From Eledone cirrhosa (taxonomy: Eukaryota), in assembly GCA_964016885.1 (NCBI GenBank), contig OZ024750.1:52886001-52950000 (forward strand): a stretch of 64,000 nt of DNA, read 5' to 3'. Positions 24,745-39,111 of this stretch are shown here, piece after piece. The translations under genes and the position numbers were made by a program. Numbering within the stretch: the stretch's first letter is position 1; each line of letters begins with the position of its first letter. Below the pieces are notes generated by a model. It did no database searches. It was not told the DNA's origin and was given only the letters and a program-made list of their open reading frames with translations.

Positions 24745-27700
24745 GTTGTTACACCACATCTTTGGTGTCATGGGAGCTGACTAAAAGTGTTGTGACACCA
24801 CATCTATGGTGTCATGGTAGCTGACTAAAAGTGTTGTGACACCACATCTGTGTCATGAGAGCTGAGTAAAAGTGATGTGACACCACATCTGTGTCACAGG
24901 AGCTGAGTAAAAGTGATGTGACACCACATCTGTGTCATGGGAGCAGAGTAAAAGTGACGTGACACCATATCTGTGTCATGGGAGCTGACTAAAAGTGATG
25001 TGACACCACGTCTGTGGTGTCATGGGAGCTGACTAAAAGTGTTGTGACACCACATCTGTGTCATGGGAGCTGAGTAAACATGTTGTGACACCACATATGT
25101 GTCATGGGAGCTGAGTAAAAGTGTTGTGACACCACACCTGTGTCATGGTAACTGACTAGAAGTGATGTGACACCACATCTGTGGTGTCATGGGAGCTGAC
25201 TAAAAGTGTTGTGATACCACATCTGTGTCATGGGAGCTGAGTAAAAGTGATGTGACACCACATCTGTGTCATGGGAGCTGACGTGACACCATATCTGTGT
25301 CATGGGAGCTGACTAAAAGTGATGTGACACCACGTCTGTGGTGTCATGGGAGCTGACTAAAAGTGTTGTGACACCACATCTGTGTCATGGGAGCTGAGTA
25401 AACATGTTGTGACACCACATATGTGTCATGGGAGCTGAGTAAAAGTGTTGTGACACCACACATGTGTCATGGGAACTGACTAGAAGTGATGTGACACCAC
25501 ATCTGTGGTGTCATGGGAGCTGACTAAAAGTGTTGTGACACCACATCTGTGTCATGAGAGCTGAGTAAAAGTGATGTGACACCACATCTGTGTCACAGGA
25601 GCTGAGTAAAAGTGATGTGACACCACATCTGTGGAATGGGAGCTGACTAAAAGTGATATGACACCACATCTGTGTCATGGGAGCTGACTAAAAGTGTTGT
25701 GACACCACATCTGTATCATGGGAGCTGACTAAAAGTGATGTGACACCACATCTGTGTCATGGGAGCTGACTAAAAGTGATGTGGCACCACATCTGTGTCA
25801 TGGGAGCTGAGTAAAAGTGATGTGACACCACATCTGTGGCATGGGAGCTGAGTAAAAGTGATATGACACCACATCTGTGTCATGGGAGCTGACTAAAAGT
25901 GATGTGACACCATATCTGTGTCATGGGAGCTGAGTAAAAGTGATATGACACCACATCTGTGTCATGGGAGCTGACTAAAAGTGATGTGACACCATATCTG
26001 TGTCATGGGAGCTGAGTAAAAGTGATGTGACACCATATCTGTGTCACAGGAGCTGAGTAAAAGTGTTGTGACACCACATCTGTGTCTTGGGAGCTGACTA
26101 AAATTGATGTGACACCACATCTGTGTAATGGGAGCTGAGTAAAAGTGATATGACACTACATCTGTGTCATGGGAGCTGACTAAAAGTGATGTGACACCAT
26201 ATCTGTGTCATGGGAGCTGAGTAAAAGTGATGTGACACCACATCTGTGTCATGGGAGCTGAGTAAAAGTGATGTGACACCATATCTGTGTCATGGGAGCT
26301 GAAAAAGTGTTGTGACACCATGTCTGTGTCATAGGAGCTGAGTAAAAGTGATGTGACACCATATCTGTGTCATAGGAGCTGAGTAAAAGTGATGTGACAC
26401 CACATCTGTGTCATGGGAGCTGAGTAAAAGTGATGTGACACCACATCTGTGTCATGGGAGCTGAGTAAAAGTGATGTGACACCACATCTGTGGGATGGGA
26501 GCTGACTAAAAGTGATGTGACACCACATCTGTGGGATGGGAGCTGACTAAAAGTGATGTGACACCACATCTGTGGCATGGGAGCTGACTAAAAGTGTTGT
26601 GACACCACATCTGTGTCATAGGAGCTGACTAAAAGTGATGTGACACCACATCTGTGGCATGGGAGCTGACTAAAAGTGATGTGACACCAGATCTGTATCA
26701 TAGGAGCTGACTAAAAGTGATGTGACACCACATCTGTGGCATGGGAGCTGAGTAAAAGTGATGTGACACCAGATATGTGTCATAGGAGCTGACTAAAAGT
26801 GATGAGACACCACATCTGTGTCATGGGAGCTGAGTAAAAGTGATGTGACACCATATCTGTGTCATAGGAGCTGAGTAAAAGTGATGTGACACCACATCTG
26901 TGTCATGGGAGCTGACTAAAAGTGTTGTGACACCATATCTGTGTCATGGGAGCTGACTAAAAGTGATGTGACACCACATCTGTGTCATGGGAGCTGACTA
27001 AAGTGATGTGACACCATATCTGTGTCATGGGAGCTGACTAAAAGTGATGTAACACCACATCTGTGTCATGGTAGCTGACTAAAAGTGATGTAACACCACA
27101 TATGTGTCATGGGAGCTGAGTAAGTGATGTGACACCACATCTGTGTCATGGGAGCTGAGTAAAAGTGATGTGACACCACATCTGTGTCATGGGAGTTGAG
27201 TAAGTGATGTGACACCACATCTGTGTCATGGGAGCTGAGTAAAAGTGATATGACACCACATCTGTGTCATGGGACCTGAGTAAACATGTTGTGACACCAC
27301 ATATGTGTCATGGGAGCTGAGTAAAAGTGTTGTGACACCACACCTGTGTCATGGGAACTGACTAGAAGTGATGTGACACCACATCTGTGGTGTCATGGGA
27401 GCTGACTAAAAGTGTTGTGACACCACATCTGTGTCATGGGAGCTGAGTAAAAGTGATGTGACACCACATCTGTGTCATGGGAGCTGAGTAAAAGTGACGT
27501 GACACCATATCTGTGTCATGGGAGCTGACTAAAAGTGATGTGACACCACGTCTGTGGTGTCATGGGAGCTGACTAAAAGTGTTGTGACACCACATCTGTG
27601 TCATGGGAGCTGAGTAAACATGTTGTGACACCACATATGTGTCATGGGAGCTGAGTAAAAGTGTTGTGACACCACACCTGTGTCATGGGAACTGACTAAA

Positions 27701-30700
27701 ATGTTGTGACACCATATCTGTGTCATGGGAGCTGAGTAAAAGTGATTTGACACCACATCTGTGTCATGGGAGCTGAGTAAAAGTGATGTGACACCACATC
27801 TGTGGGATGGGAGCTGACTAAAAGTGATGTGACACCACATCTGTGGGATGGGAGCTGACTAAAAGTGATGTGACACCACATCTGTGGCATGGGAGCTGAC
27901 TAAAAGTGTTGTGACACCACATCTGTGTCATAGGAGCTGACTAAAAGTGATGTGACACCACATCTGTGGCATGGGAGCTGACTAAAAGTGATGTGACACC
28001 AGATCTGTATCATAGGAGCTGACTAAAAGTGATGTGACACCACATCTGTGTCATGGGAGCTGAGTAAAAGTGATGTGACACCATATCTGTGTCATGGGAG
28101 CTGAGTAAACGTGATTTGACACCACATCTGTCTCATGGGAGCTGAGTAAAAGTGATGTGACACCACATCTGTATCATGGGAGCTGACTAAAAGTGTTGTG
28201 ACACCACATCTGTGGCATGGGAGCTGACTAAAAGTGATGTGACACCACATCTGTGGCATGGGAGCCGACTAAAATTGATTTGACACCACATCTGTGTCAT
28301 GGGAGCTGAGTAAAAGTGATGTGACACCAGATCTGTATCATGGGAGCTGAGTAAAAGTGATATGACACCACATCTGTGTCATAGGAGCTGACTAAAAGTG
28401 TTGAGACACCACAGCTGTGTCATAGGAGCTGACTAAAAGTGTTGTGACACCACATCTGTGTCATAGGAGCTGACTAAAAGTGATGTGACACCACATCTGT
28501 GGCATGGGAGCTGACTAAAATTGATGTGACACCAGATCTGTATCATAGGAGCTGACTAAAAGTGACGTGACACCACATCTGTGGCATGGGAGCTGAGTAA
28601 AAGTGTTGTGACACCACATCTGTGTCATGGGAACTGACTAAAAGTGATGTGACACCACATCTGTGGCATGGGAGCTGAGTAAAAGGGATGTGACACCACA
28701 TCTGTGGCATGGGAGCTGAGTAAGAGTGATGTGACACCACATCTGTGTCATGGGAGCTGAGTAAAAGTGATGTGACACCATATCTGTGTCACAGGAGCTG
28801 ACTAAAAGTGATGTGACACCACATCTGTGTCATGGGAGCTGAGTAAAAGTGATTTGAAACCACATCTGTGTCATGGGAGCTGACTAAAAGTGATGTGACA
28901 CCACATCTGTGTCATGGGAGCTGACTAAAAGTGTTGTGACACCATATCTGTGACATAGGAGCTGAGAAAAAGTGTTGTGACACCATATCTGTGTCATGGG
29001 AGCTGAGTAAAAGTGATGTGACACCACATCTGTGTCATGGGAGCTGACTAAAAGTGATATGACACCACATCTGTATCATGGGAGCTGACTAAAAGTGTTG
29101 TGACACCACATCTGTGGTGTCATGGTAGCTGACTAAAAGTGATGTGACACCACATCTGTGTCATGGGAGCTGAGTAAAAGTGATGTGACACCACATCTGT
29201 GGCATGGGAGCTGACTAAAAGTGATGTGACACCACATCTGTGTCATGGGAGCTGAGTAAAAGTGATGTGACACCACATCTGTGTCATGGGAGCTGAGAAA
29301 AAGTGATGTGACACCACATCTGTGTCATGGGAGCTGAGTAAAAGTGATGTGACACCACATCTGTATCATGGGAGCTGACTAAAAGTGTTGTGACACCACA
29401 TCTGTGGCATGGGAGCTGACTAAAAGTGATGTGACACCACATCTGTGGCATGGGAGCTGACTAAAAGTGATTTGACACCACATCTGTGTCATGGGAGCTG
29501 AGTAAAAGTGATGTGACACCAGATCTGTATCATGGGAGCTGAGTAAAAGTGATATGACACCACATCTGTGTCATAGGAGGTGACTAAAAGTGTTGAGACA
29601 CCACATCTGTGTCATAGGAGCTGACTAAAAGTGTTGTGACACCACATCTGTGTCATAGGAGCTGACTAAAAGTGATGTGACACCACATCTGTGGCATGGG
29701 AGCTGACTAAAAGTGATGTGACACCAGATCTGTATCATAGGAGCTGACTAAAAGTGATGTGACACCACATCTGTGGCATGGGAGCTGAGTAAAAGTGATG
29801 TGACACCAGATATGTTGTCATAGGAGCTGACTAAAAGTGATGTGACACCGCATCTGTGTCATGGGAGCTGAGTAAAAGTGATGTGACACCACATCTGTGG
29901 CATGGGAGCTGAGTAAAAGTGTTGTGACACCACATCTGTGTCATAGGAGCTGACTAAATGTGATGTGACACCACATCTGTGGCATGGGAGCTGAGTAAAA
30001 GTGATGTGACACCAGATCTGTATCATGGGAGCTGAGTAAAAGTGATGTGACACCATATCTGTGTCATAGGAGCTGAGTAAAAGTGATGTGAAACCACATC
30101 TGTGTCATGGGAGCTGAGTAAAAGTGATGTTACACCACATCTGTGTCATGGGAGCTGACTAAAAGTGATGTGACACCACATCTGTGTCATGGGAGCTGAG
30201 TAAAAGTGATGTGACACCACATCTGTGGCATGGGAGCTGAGTAAAAGTGTTGTGACACCACATCTGTGGCATGGGAGCTGACTAAAAGTGATGTGACACC
30301 ACATCTGTGGCATGGGAGCTGAGTAAAAGTGATGTGACACCACATCTGTGGCATGGGAGCTGAGTAAAAGTGATGTGACACCAGATCTGTATCATGGGAG
30401 CTGAGTAAAAGTGATGTGACACCATATCTGTGTCATGGGAGCTGAGTAAAAGTGATATGACACCACATCTGTGGCATGGGAGCTGACTAAAAGTGATGTG
30501 ACACCATATCTGTGTCATGGGTGCTGAGTAAAAGTGATGTGACACCACATCTGTGTCATGGGAGCTGACTAAAAGTGATGTGACACCACATCTGTGTCAT
30601 GGGAGCTGACTAAAAGTGATATGACACCACATCTGTATCATGGGAGCTGACTAAAAGTGTTGTGACACCACATCTGTGGTGTCATGGTAGCTGACTAAAA

Positions 30701-33700
30701 GTGATGTGACACCACATCTGTGTCATGGGAGCTGAGTAAAAGTGATGTGACACCACATCTGTGGCATGGGAGCTGACTAAAAGTGCTGTGACACCACATC
30801 TGTGGCATGGGAGCTGAGTAAAAGTGACGTGACACCACATCTGTCGCATGGGAGCTGAGTAAAAGTGTTGTGACACCACATCTATGGCATGGGAGCTGAC
30901 TAAAAGTGATGTGACACCACATCTGTGGCATGGGAGCTGAGTAAAAGTGATGTGACACCACATCTGTGTCATGGGAGCTGACTAAAAGTGATGTGACACC
31001 ATATCTGTGTCATGGGTGCTGAGTAAAAGTGATGTGACACCACATCTGTGTCATGGGAGCTGACTAAAAGTGATGTGACACCACATCTGTGTCATGGGAG
31101 CTGACTAAAAGTGATATGACACCACATCTGTATCATGGGAGCTGACTAAAAGTGTTGTGACACCACATCTGTGGTGTCATGGTAGCTGACTAAAAGTGAT
31201 GTGACACCACATCTGTGTCATGGGAGCTGAGTAAAAGTGATGTGACACCACATCTGTGGCATGGGAGCTGACTAAAAGTGTTGTGACACCACATCTGTGG
31301 CATGGGAGCTGAGTAAAAGTGACGTGACACCACATCTGTGTCATAGGAGCTGACTAAAAGTGATGTGACACCACATCTGTGTCATGGGAGCTGACTAAAA
31401 GTGATGTGACACCACATCTGTGGCATGGGAGCTGAGTAAAAGTGATGTGACACCACATCTGTGTCATGGGAGCTGACTAAAAGTGATGTGACACCACATC
31501 TGTGTCATGGGAGCTGACTAAAAGTGATGTGACACCACATCTGTGTCATGGGAGCTGAGTAAAAGTGACGTGACACCACATCTGTGTCATAGGAGCTGAG
31601 TAAAAGTGATGTGACACCAGATCTGTGTCATAGGAGCTGACTAAAAGTGATGTGACACCACATCTGTGGCATGGGAGCTGACTAAAAGTGATGTGACACC
31701 ACATCTGTGGCATGGGAGCTGACTAAAAGTGATTTGACACCACATCTGTGTCATGGGAGCTGAGTAAAAGTGATGTGACACCAGATCTGTATCATGGGAG
31801 CTGAGTAAAAGTGATATGACACCACATCTGTGTCATAGGAGCTGACTAAAACTGATGTGACACCAGATCTGTGTCATAGGAGCTGACTAAAAGTGATGTG
31901 ACACCACATCTGTGGCATGGGAGCTGAGTAAAAGTGATGTGACACCACATCTGTGTCATGGGAGCTGACTAAATGTGATGTGACACCACATCTGTGGCAT
32001 GGGAGCTGAGTAAACGTGATTTGACACCACATCTGTGTCATGGGAGCTGAGTAAAAGTGATGTGACACCACATCTGTGTCATGGGAGCTGAGTAAAAGTG
32101 ATGTGACACCACATCTGTGTCATGGGAGCTGAGTAAAAGTGATGTGACACCACATCTGTATCATGGGAGCTGACTAAAAGTGTTGTGACACCACATCTGT
32201 GGGATGGGAGCTGACTAAAAGTGTTGTGACACCACATCTGTGTCATAGGGGCTGACTAAAAGTGATGTGACACCACATCTGTGGCATGGGAGCTGACTAA
32301 AAGTGATGTGACACCAGATCTGTATCATAGGAGCTGACTAAAAGTGATGTGACACCACATCTGTGGCATGGGAGCTGAGTAAAACTGATGTGACACCAGA
32401 TCTGTGTCATAGGAGCTGACTAAAAGTGATGTGACACCACATCTGTGGCATGGGAGCTGAGTAAAAGTGATGTGACACCACATCTGTGTCATGGGAGCTG
32501 ACTAAATGTGATGTGACACCACATCTGTGGCATGGGAGCTGAGTAAACGTGATTTGACACCACATCTGTGTCATGGGAGCTGAGTAAAAGTGATGTGACA
32601 CCACATCTGTGTCATGGGAGCTGAGTAAAAGTGATGTGACACCACATCTGTGTCATGGGAGCTGAGTAAAAGTGATGTGACACCACATCTGTATCATGGG
32701 AGCTGACTAAAAGTGTTGTGACACCACATCTGTGGGATGGGAGCTGACTAAAAGTGTTGTGACACCACATCTGTGTCATAGGGGCTGACTAAAAGTGATG
32801 TGACACCACATCTGTGGCATGGGAGCTGACTAAAAGTGATGTGACACCAGATCTGTATCATAGGAGCTGACTAAAAGTGATGTGACACCACATCTGTGGC
32901 ATGGGAGCTGAGTAAAAGTGTTGTGACACCACATCTGTGTCATAGGAGCTGACTAAATGTGATGTGACACCACATCTGTGGCATGGGAGCTGAGTAAAAG
33001 TGATGTGACACCAGATCTGTATCATGGGAGCTGAGTAAAAGTGATGTGACACCATATCTGTGTCATAGGAGCTGAGTAAAAGTGATGTGAAACCACATCT
33101 GTGTCATGGGAGCTGAGTAAAAGTGATGTTACACCACATCTGTGTCATGGGAGCTGACTAAAAGTGATGTGACACCACATCTGTGTCATGGGAGCTGAGT
33201 AAAAGTGATGTGACACCACATCTGTGGCATGGGAGCTGAGTAAAAGTGTTGTGACACCACATCTGTGGCATGGGAGCTGACTAAAAGTGATGTGACACCA
33301 CATCTGTGGCATGGGAGCTGAGTAAAAGTGATGTGACACCACATCTGTGGCATGGGAGCTGAGTAAAAGTGATGTGACACCAGATCTGTATCATGGGAGC
33401 TGAGTAAAAGTGATGTGACACCATATCTGTGTCATGGGAGCTGAGTAAAAGTGATATGACACCACATCTGTGGCATGGGAGCTGACTAAAAGTGATGTGA
33501 CACCATATCTGTGTCATGGGTGCTGAGTAAAAGTGATGTGACACCACATCTGTGTCATGGGAGCTGACTAAAAGTGATGTGACACCACATCTGTGTCATG
33601 GGAGCTGACTAAAAGTGATATGACACCACATCTGTATCATGGGAGCTGACTAAAAGTGTTGTGACACCACATCTGTGGTGTCATGGTAGCTGACTAAAAG

Positions 33701-36647
33701 TGATGTGACACCACATCTGTGTCATGGGAGCTGAGTAAAAGTGATGTGACACCAGATCTGTATCATGGGAGCTGAGTAAAAGTGATGTGACACCATATCT
33801 GTGTCATGGGAGCTGAGTAAAAGTGATATGACACCACATCTGTGGCATGGGAGCTGACTAAAAGTGATGTGACACCATATCTGTGTCATGGGTGCTGAGT
33901 AAAAGTGATGTGACACCACATCTGTGTCATGGGAGCTGACTAAAAGTGATGTGACACCACATCTGTGTCATGGGAGCTGACTAAAAGTGATATGACACCA
34001 CATCTGTATCATGGGAGCTGACTAAAAGTGTTGTGACACCACATCTGTGGTGTCATGGTAGCTGACTAAAAGTGATGTGACACCACATCTGTGTCATGGG
34101 AGCTGAGTAAAAGTGATGTGACACCACATCTGTGGCATGGGAGCTGACTAAAAGTGCTGTGACACCACATCTGTGGCATGGGAGCTGAGTAAAAGTGACG
34201 TGACACCACATCTGTCGCATGGGAGCTGAGTAAAAGTGTTGTGACACCACATCTATGGCATGGGAGCTGACTAAAAGTGATGTGACACCACATCTGTGGC
34301 ATGGGAGCTGAGTAAAAGTGATGTGACACCACATCTGTGTCATGGGAGCTGACTAAAAGTGATGTGACACCATATCTGTGTCATGGGTGCTGAGTAAAAG
34401 TGATGTGACACCACATCTGTGTCATGGGAGCTGACTAAAAGTGATGTGACACCACATCTGTGTCATGGGAGCTGACTAAAAGTGATATGACACCACATCT
34501 GTATCATGGGAGCTGACTAAAAGTGTTGTGACACCACATCTGTGGTGTCATGGTAGCTGACTAAAAGTGATGTGACACCACATCTGTGTCATGGGAGCTG
34601 AGTAAAAGTGATGTGACACCACATCTGTGGCATGGGAGCTGACTAAAAGTGTTGTGACACCACATCTGTGGCATGGGAGCTGAGTAAAAGTGACGTGACA
34701 CCACATCTGTGTCATAGGAGCTGACTAAAAGTGATGTGACACCACATCTGTGTCATGGGAGCTGACTAAAAGTGATGTGACACCACATCTGTGGCATGGG
34801 AGCTGAGTAAAAGTGATGTGACACCACATCTGTGTCATGGGAGCTGACTAAAAGTGATGTGACACCACATCTGTGTCATGGGAGCTGACTAAAAGTGATG
34901 TGACACCACATCTGTGTCATGGGAGCTGAGTAAAAGTGACGTGACACCACATCTGTGTCATAGGAGCTGAGTAAAAGTGATGTGACACCAGATCTGTGTC
35001 ATAGGAGCTGACTAAAAGTGATGTGACACCACATCTGTGGCATGGGAGCTGACTAAAAGTGATGTGACACCACATCTGTGGCATGGGAGCTGACTAAAAG
35101 TGATTTGACACCACATCTGTGTCATGGGAGCTGAGTAAAAGTGATGTGACACCAGATCTGTATCATGGGAGCTGAGTAAAAGTGATATGACACCACATCT
35201 GTGTCATAGGAGCTGACTAAAACTGATGTGACACCAGATCTGTGTCATAGGAGCTGACTAAAAGTGATGTGACACCACATCTGTGGCATGGGAGCTGAGT
35301 AAAAGTGATGTGACACCACATCTGTGTCATGGGAGCTGACTAAATGTGATGTGACACCACATCTGTGGCATGGGAGCTGAGTAAACGTGATTTGACACCA
35401 CATCTGTGTCATGGGAGCTGAGTAAAAGTGATGTGACACCACATCTGTGTCATGGGAGCTGAGTAAAAGTGATGTGACACCACATCTGTGTCATGGGAGC
35501 TGAGTAAAAGTGATGTGACACCACATCTGTATCATGGGAGCTGACTAAAAGTGTTGTGACACCACATCTGTGGGATGGGAGCTGACTAAAAGTGTTGTGA
35601 CACCACATCTGTGTCATAGGGGCTGACTAAAAGTGATGTGACACCACATCTGTGGCATGGGAGCTGACTAAAAGTGATGTGACACCAGATCTGTATCATA
35701 GGAGCTGACTAAAAGTGATGTGACACCACATCTGTGGCATGGGAGCTGAGTAAAAGTGATGTGACACCAGATATGTTGTCATAGGAGCTGAGTAAAAGTG
35801 ATGTGACACCACATTTGTGGCATGGGAGCTGAGTAAAAGTGTTGTGACACCACATCTGTGTCATAGGAGCTGACTAAAAGTGATGTGACACCACATCTGT
35901 GGCATGGGAGCTGAGTAAAAGTGATGTGACACCACATCTGTGGCATGGGAGCTGAGTAAAAGTGATGTGACACCAGATCTGTATCATGGGAGCTGAGTAA
36001 AAGTGATGTGACACCATATCTGTGTCACAGGAGCTGAGTAAAAGTGATGTGAAACCACATCTGTGTCATGGGAGCTGAGTAAAAGTGATGTGACACCACA
36101 TCTGTGTCATGGGAGCTGACTAAAAGTGACGTGACACCACATCTGTGTCTTGGGAGCTGAGTAAAAGTGATGTGATACCACATCTGTGGCATGGGAGCTG
36201 AGTAAAAGTGTTGTGACACCACATCTGTGGCATGGGAGCTGACTAAAAGTGATGTGACACCACATCTGTGGCATGGGAGCTGAGTAAAAGTGATGTGACA
36301 CCAGATCTGTGTCATAGGAGCTGACTAAAAGTGATGTGACACCACATCTGTGGCATGGGAGCTGACTAAAAGTGATGTGACACCACATCTGTGGCATGGG
36401 AGCTGACTAAAAGTGATGTGACACCACATCTGTGTCATAGGAGCTGACTAAAAGTGATGTGACACCACATCTGTGTCATAGGAGCTGACTAAAAGTGATG
36501 TGACACCACATCTGTGGCATGGGAGCTGACTAAAAGTGATGTGACACCACATCTGTGGCATGGGAGCTGACTAAAAGTGATGTGACACCATATCTGTGGC
36601 ATGGGAGCTTACTAAAAGTGATGTGACACCACATCTGTGGCATGGGA
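24745..36647. repeat. 41-bp satellite array, ~290 copies, with higher-order duplications
   Basis: Consensus GTGACACCACATCTGTGTCATGGGAGCTGA(G/C)TAAAAGTGAT with occasional 44-bp (+GGT) units. Identical variant strings recur at offsets 533, 2999 and 3371. Confidence 0.98.
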
Positions 36648-36730
36648 ATGGTGGTGCCAGGAAAGATATACAACCATGAACCATTATTTCAAAATTTCTA
36701 GCTGAGAAAGTAGCCTTAAAATATATTAAT

Positions 36731-37272
36731 GTGTGATTCTGTGTGTGTATGTTTGTGTGTGTGTTTATGTGTGTCTGTGTGCGTGTGTGTGTGTGTTTGT
36801 GCATATGCGTGTTTGTACGTGTGTGTTTTTTGTGTGTTTGTATGCATGTGTTTGTGTATGTGTGTTTGTGTATGTGTACGTGTTTGTGTGTGTGTTTGTG
36901 TGTATTTGTTTATGTGTGTGTTTGTGTGTGTGTTTGTGTGTGTGTATTTGTGTGTGTGTTTGTGTGTGTGTATTTCTGTGTGTGTTTGTGTGCATGTCTG
37001 TGTGTTTGTTTGTGCTTGTCTTTGTGTGTGTGTGTGTATGTTTGTGTGTGTGTGTTTGTGTGTGTGTTTGTGTGTGTATGTTTGTGTTTGTGTGTTTGTG
37101 TATGTGTGTTTGTGTGTGTTTGTGTTTGTGTGTGTGTGTGTGCTTGTGTGTTTATGTTTGTGTGTGTGTGTGTATGTTTGTGTGTGTGTGTTTGTGTGTG
37201 TGTTTGTGTGTGTTTGTTTGTGTGTGTGTGTTTGTGTGTGTTTGTGTTTGCGTGTGTGTGTGTTTGTGTGTA

Positions 37273-37305
<33 letters not shown>

Positions 37306-37306
37306 T

Positions 37307-37359
<53 letters not shown>

Positions 37360-37387
37360 TTGTGTGTGTGTTTGTGTGTGTGTTTGT

Positions 37388-37432
<45 letters not shown>
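36731..37432. repeat. Degenerate (TG)n microsatellite
   Basis: Direct reading; a probable SINE 3' remnant follows to ~37612. Confidence 0.95.
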
Positions 37433-37433
<1 letters not shown>

Positions 37434-37829
37434 ATGTTCCATGACTTAGTGGTTCAAGAAAGACATCAATAAAATAAGTCAGATTTAGCAAAAAACCAAA
37501 GCAAAGCGAAACAATGATTAACTAAGTAGTATGGTCGACATGATTGACTGAATCCCTTCAACATGTCCGCAGTCTAATGACTGAAACCAGTAACAGAATG
37601 CCAGAATAAAAGAATACACAAGAATACAACAATAAAAAAAATCTGAATCTGATGACCCCTAACAATATATTTCTTCATTTCCTGTCTAGATAGTCTGTAC
37701 AATACATATTATTACTGAAGGAAACACTGTATGGATTAATATGATTGAATCAGTCATATCTTCAACTACTATTTACATTTCTGTCTGCCAAGACATATCC
37801 AAAAATTCCATCTTACATCTGTGTATATA

Positions 37830-38027
37830 TATAAAGAAAAAAAGATGAAATCGAAAATGCAACTGGAGTCTTATTTTAAAATGAGAAAAACCACAGACCC
37901 TCCATCTCAACTCTACTTTTGAAAAGCAGAAGAACTGCGAAACCGGTAAAGGAACCAAATAAATATATATATTTTTTAAAAAATAAGACTCCAGTTGCAT
38001 TTTCGATTTCATCTTTTTTCCTTTATA
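37830..38027. repeat. ~48-bp inverted repeat with ~100-bp spacer
   Basis: AAAAAAGATGAAATCGAAAATGCAACTGGAGTCTTATTTT (left arm 37830-37877) is reverse-complementary to the right arm 37980-38027. Confidence 0.9.
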
Positions 38028-38087
38028 CTTTCACTCGTGTAGGACACCTCGGTTATTTTTCATTTTGTAAAAAAAACTTCACTTTCA

Positions 38088-38123
<36 letters not shown>

Positions 38124-38159
38124 TCTAACTAGTTTCATACTGGTTTAATCCTTATATAT

Positions 38160-38519
38160 ATCTCCAGTATTTGCAAGGGTTTTGTTCCTAGAGCACCCGC
38201 GAAGAGTGAAAAAATGCGAATATTGGACGTGGCCCATAAAAAATCCTATAAACATCAAAAATATAACATAAAATATAATAAAAATGAGGGAGCATCTTAT
38301 GCAAAGGGGCTTCCAATAGGCTGGCAAATACGGTATATTGTTGTTAATAATTTAACATTAAAAAATATCTATATTGCCACAAAAAAATCCATTAAAAAAA
38401 TCGCAGAAGATATTTACGATTCCACAAATATGTGATGGTTTCCACAAACAATTATTAGTTAGGGTCTAAGGAAAATTCTGCGAATAACTGGGATGTGGAT
38501 GTCGGGGGTACACAGTGTA
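38160..38519. mobile_element. Degenerate Tigger/pogo-like MITE
   Basis: The right end GGATGTCGGGGGTACACAGTG-TA and internal GCGAA motifs resemble pogo-family MITEs. It lies between TA tracts and the left TIR is eroded. Confidence 0.4.
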
Positions 38520-38764
38520 TATATATAAACAAAAATATATGGAGGAGAAGGCAATACATTTAAAAACAAGATTTACTCCTTACACTATATATACATATAT
38601 ATATGGTCTATTTTAATACTATTTTATATATATATATATATATATATTAATAAGAGGAATTCCAACTTTGTCTGATTTACTCGTTTTATTTACAATCCTT
38701 TAAAATATATATAATGGTATTATAATGAAATAGTATGATAGAATATTAAATTCTAAGTGTTAAT

Positions 38765-38803
38765 TGAACAAGTACTTTCATGCTTTCGCAATCTTCAGGT
38801 TCA
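38765..38803 (-). ncRNA. Minimal type I hammerhead ribozyme (left arm)
   Basis: Exact reverse complement of 38877-38915. Confidence 0.8.
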
Positions 38804-38876
38804 TGATATGTGGTGACAGTCGAGTTTGCAATTTTCAACTGTTGAAAATTGCAAACTCGACTGTCACCACATATCA

Positions 38877-38915
38877 TGAACCTGAAGATTGCGAAAGCAT
38901 GAAAGTACTTGTTCA
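38877..38915 (+). ncRNA. Minimal type I hammerhead ribozyme (right arm)
   Basis: TGAAC CTGAAGA t TGC-gaaa-GCA t GAAA GTAC TT GTTCA: 5-bp stem I, intact core and palindromic stem III AGTACT. Confidence 0.8.
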
Positions 38916-39111
38916 ATTAACACTTAGAATTTAATATTCTATCATACTATTTCATTATAATACCATATTATATATATTTTAAAGGATTGTAAATAAAACG
39001 AGTAAATCAGACAAAGTTGGAATTCCTCTTATTAATATAATCTTCTATACACAATCATACACATCCGTGTATATTTACCTATCTATATCTCTCTTTATAT
39101 ATATATATATA

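Larger units (their letters stand above)
38643..39039. mobile_element. ~400-bp near-perfect palindrome of a Penelope-type pLTR fragment
   Basis: Arms of ~197 bp around a 1-nt centre at 38840 (TTTTCAAC-T-GTTGAAAA), differing only by small indels. Each arm carries a hammerhead motif. Confidence 0.85.

Noticed and set aside
24745-36647. CRISPR-like array, or coding C2H2 zinc-finger repeat
   Set aside because: Units are contiguous with no unique spacers and there are no cas genes. 41 bp is not a multiple of 3, so the short Cys/His ORFs are artefacts.
36729-37472. Long Cys/Val or His/Thr ORFs (also 11336-11610 and 56489-57122)
   Set aside because: Translations of TG/CA microsatellites.
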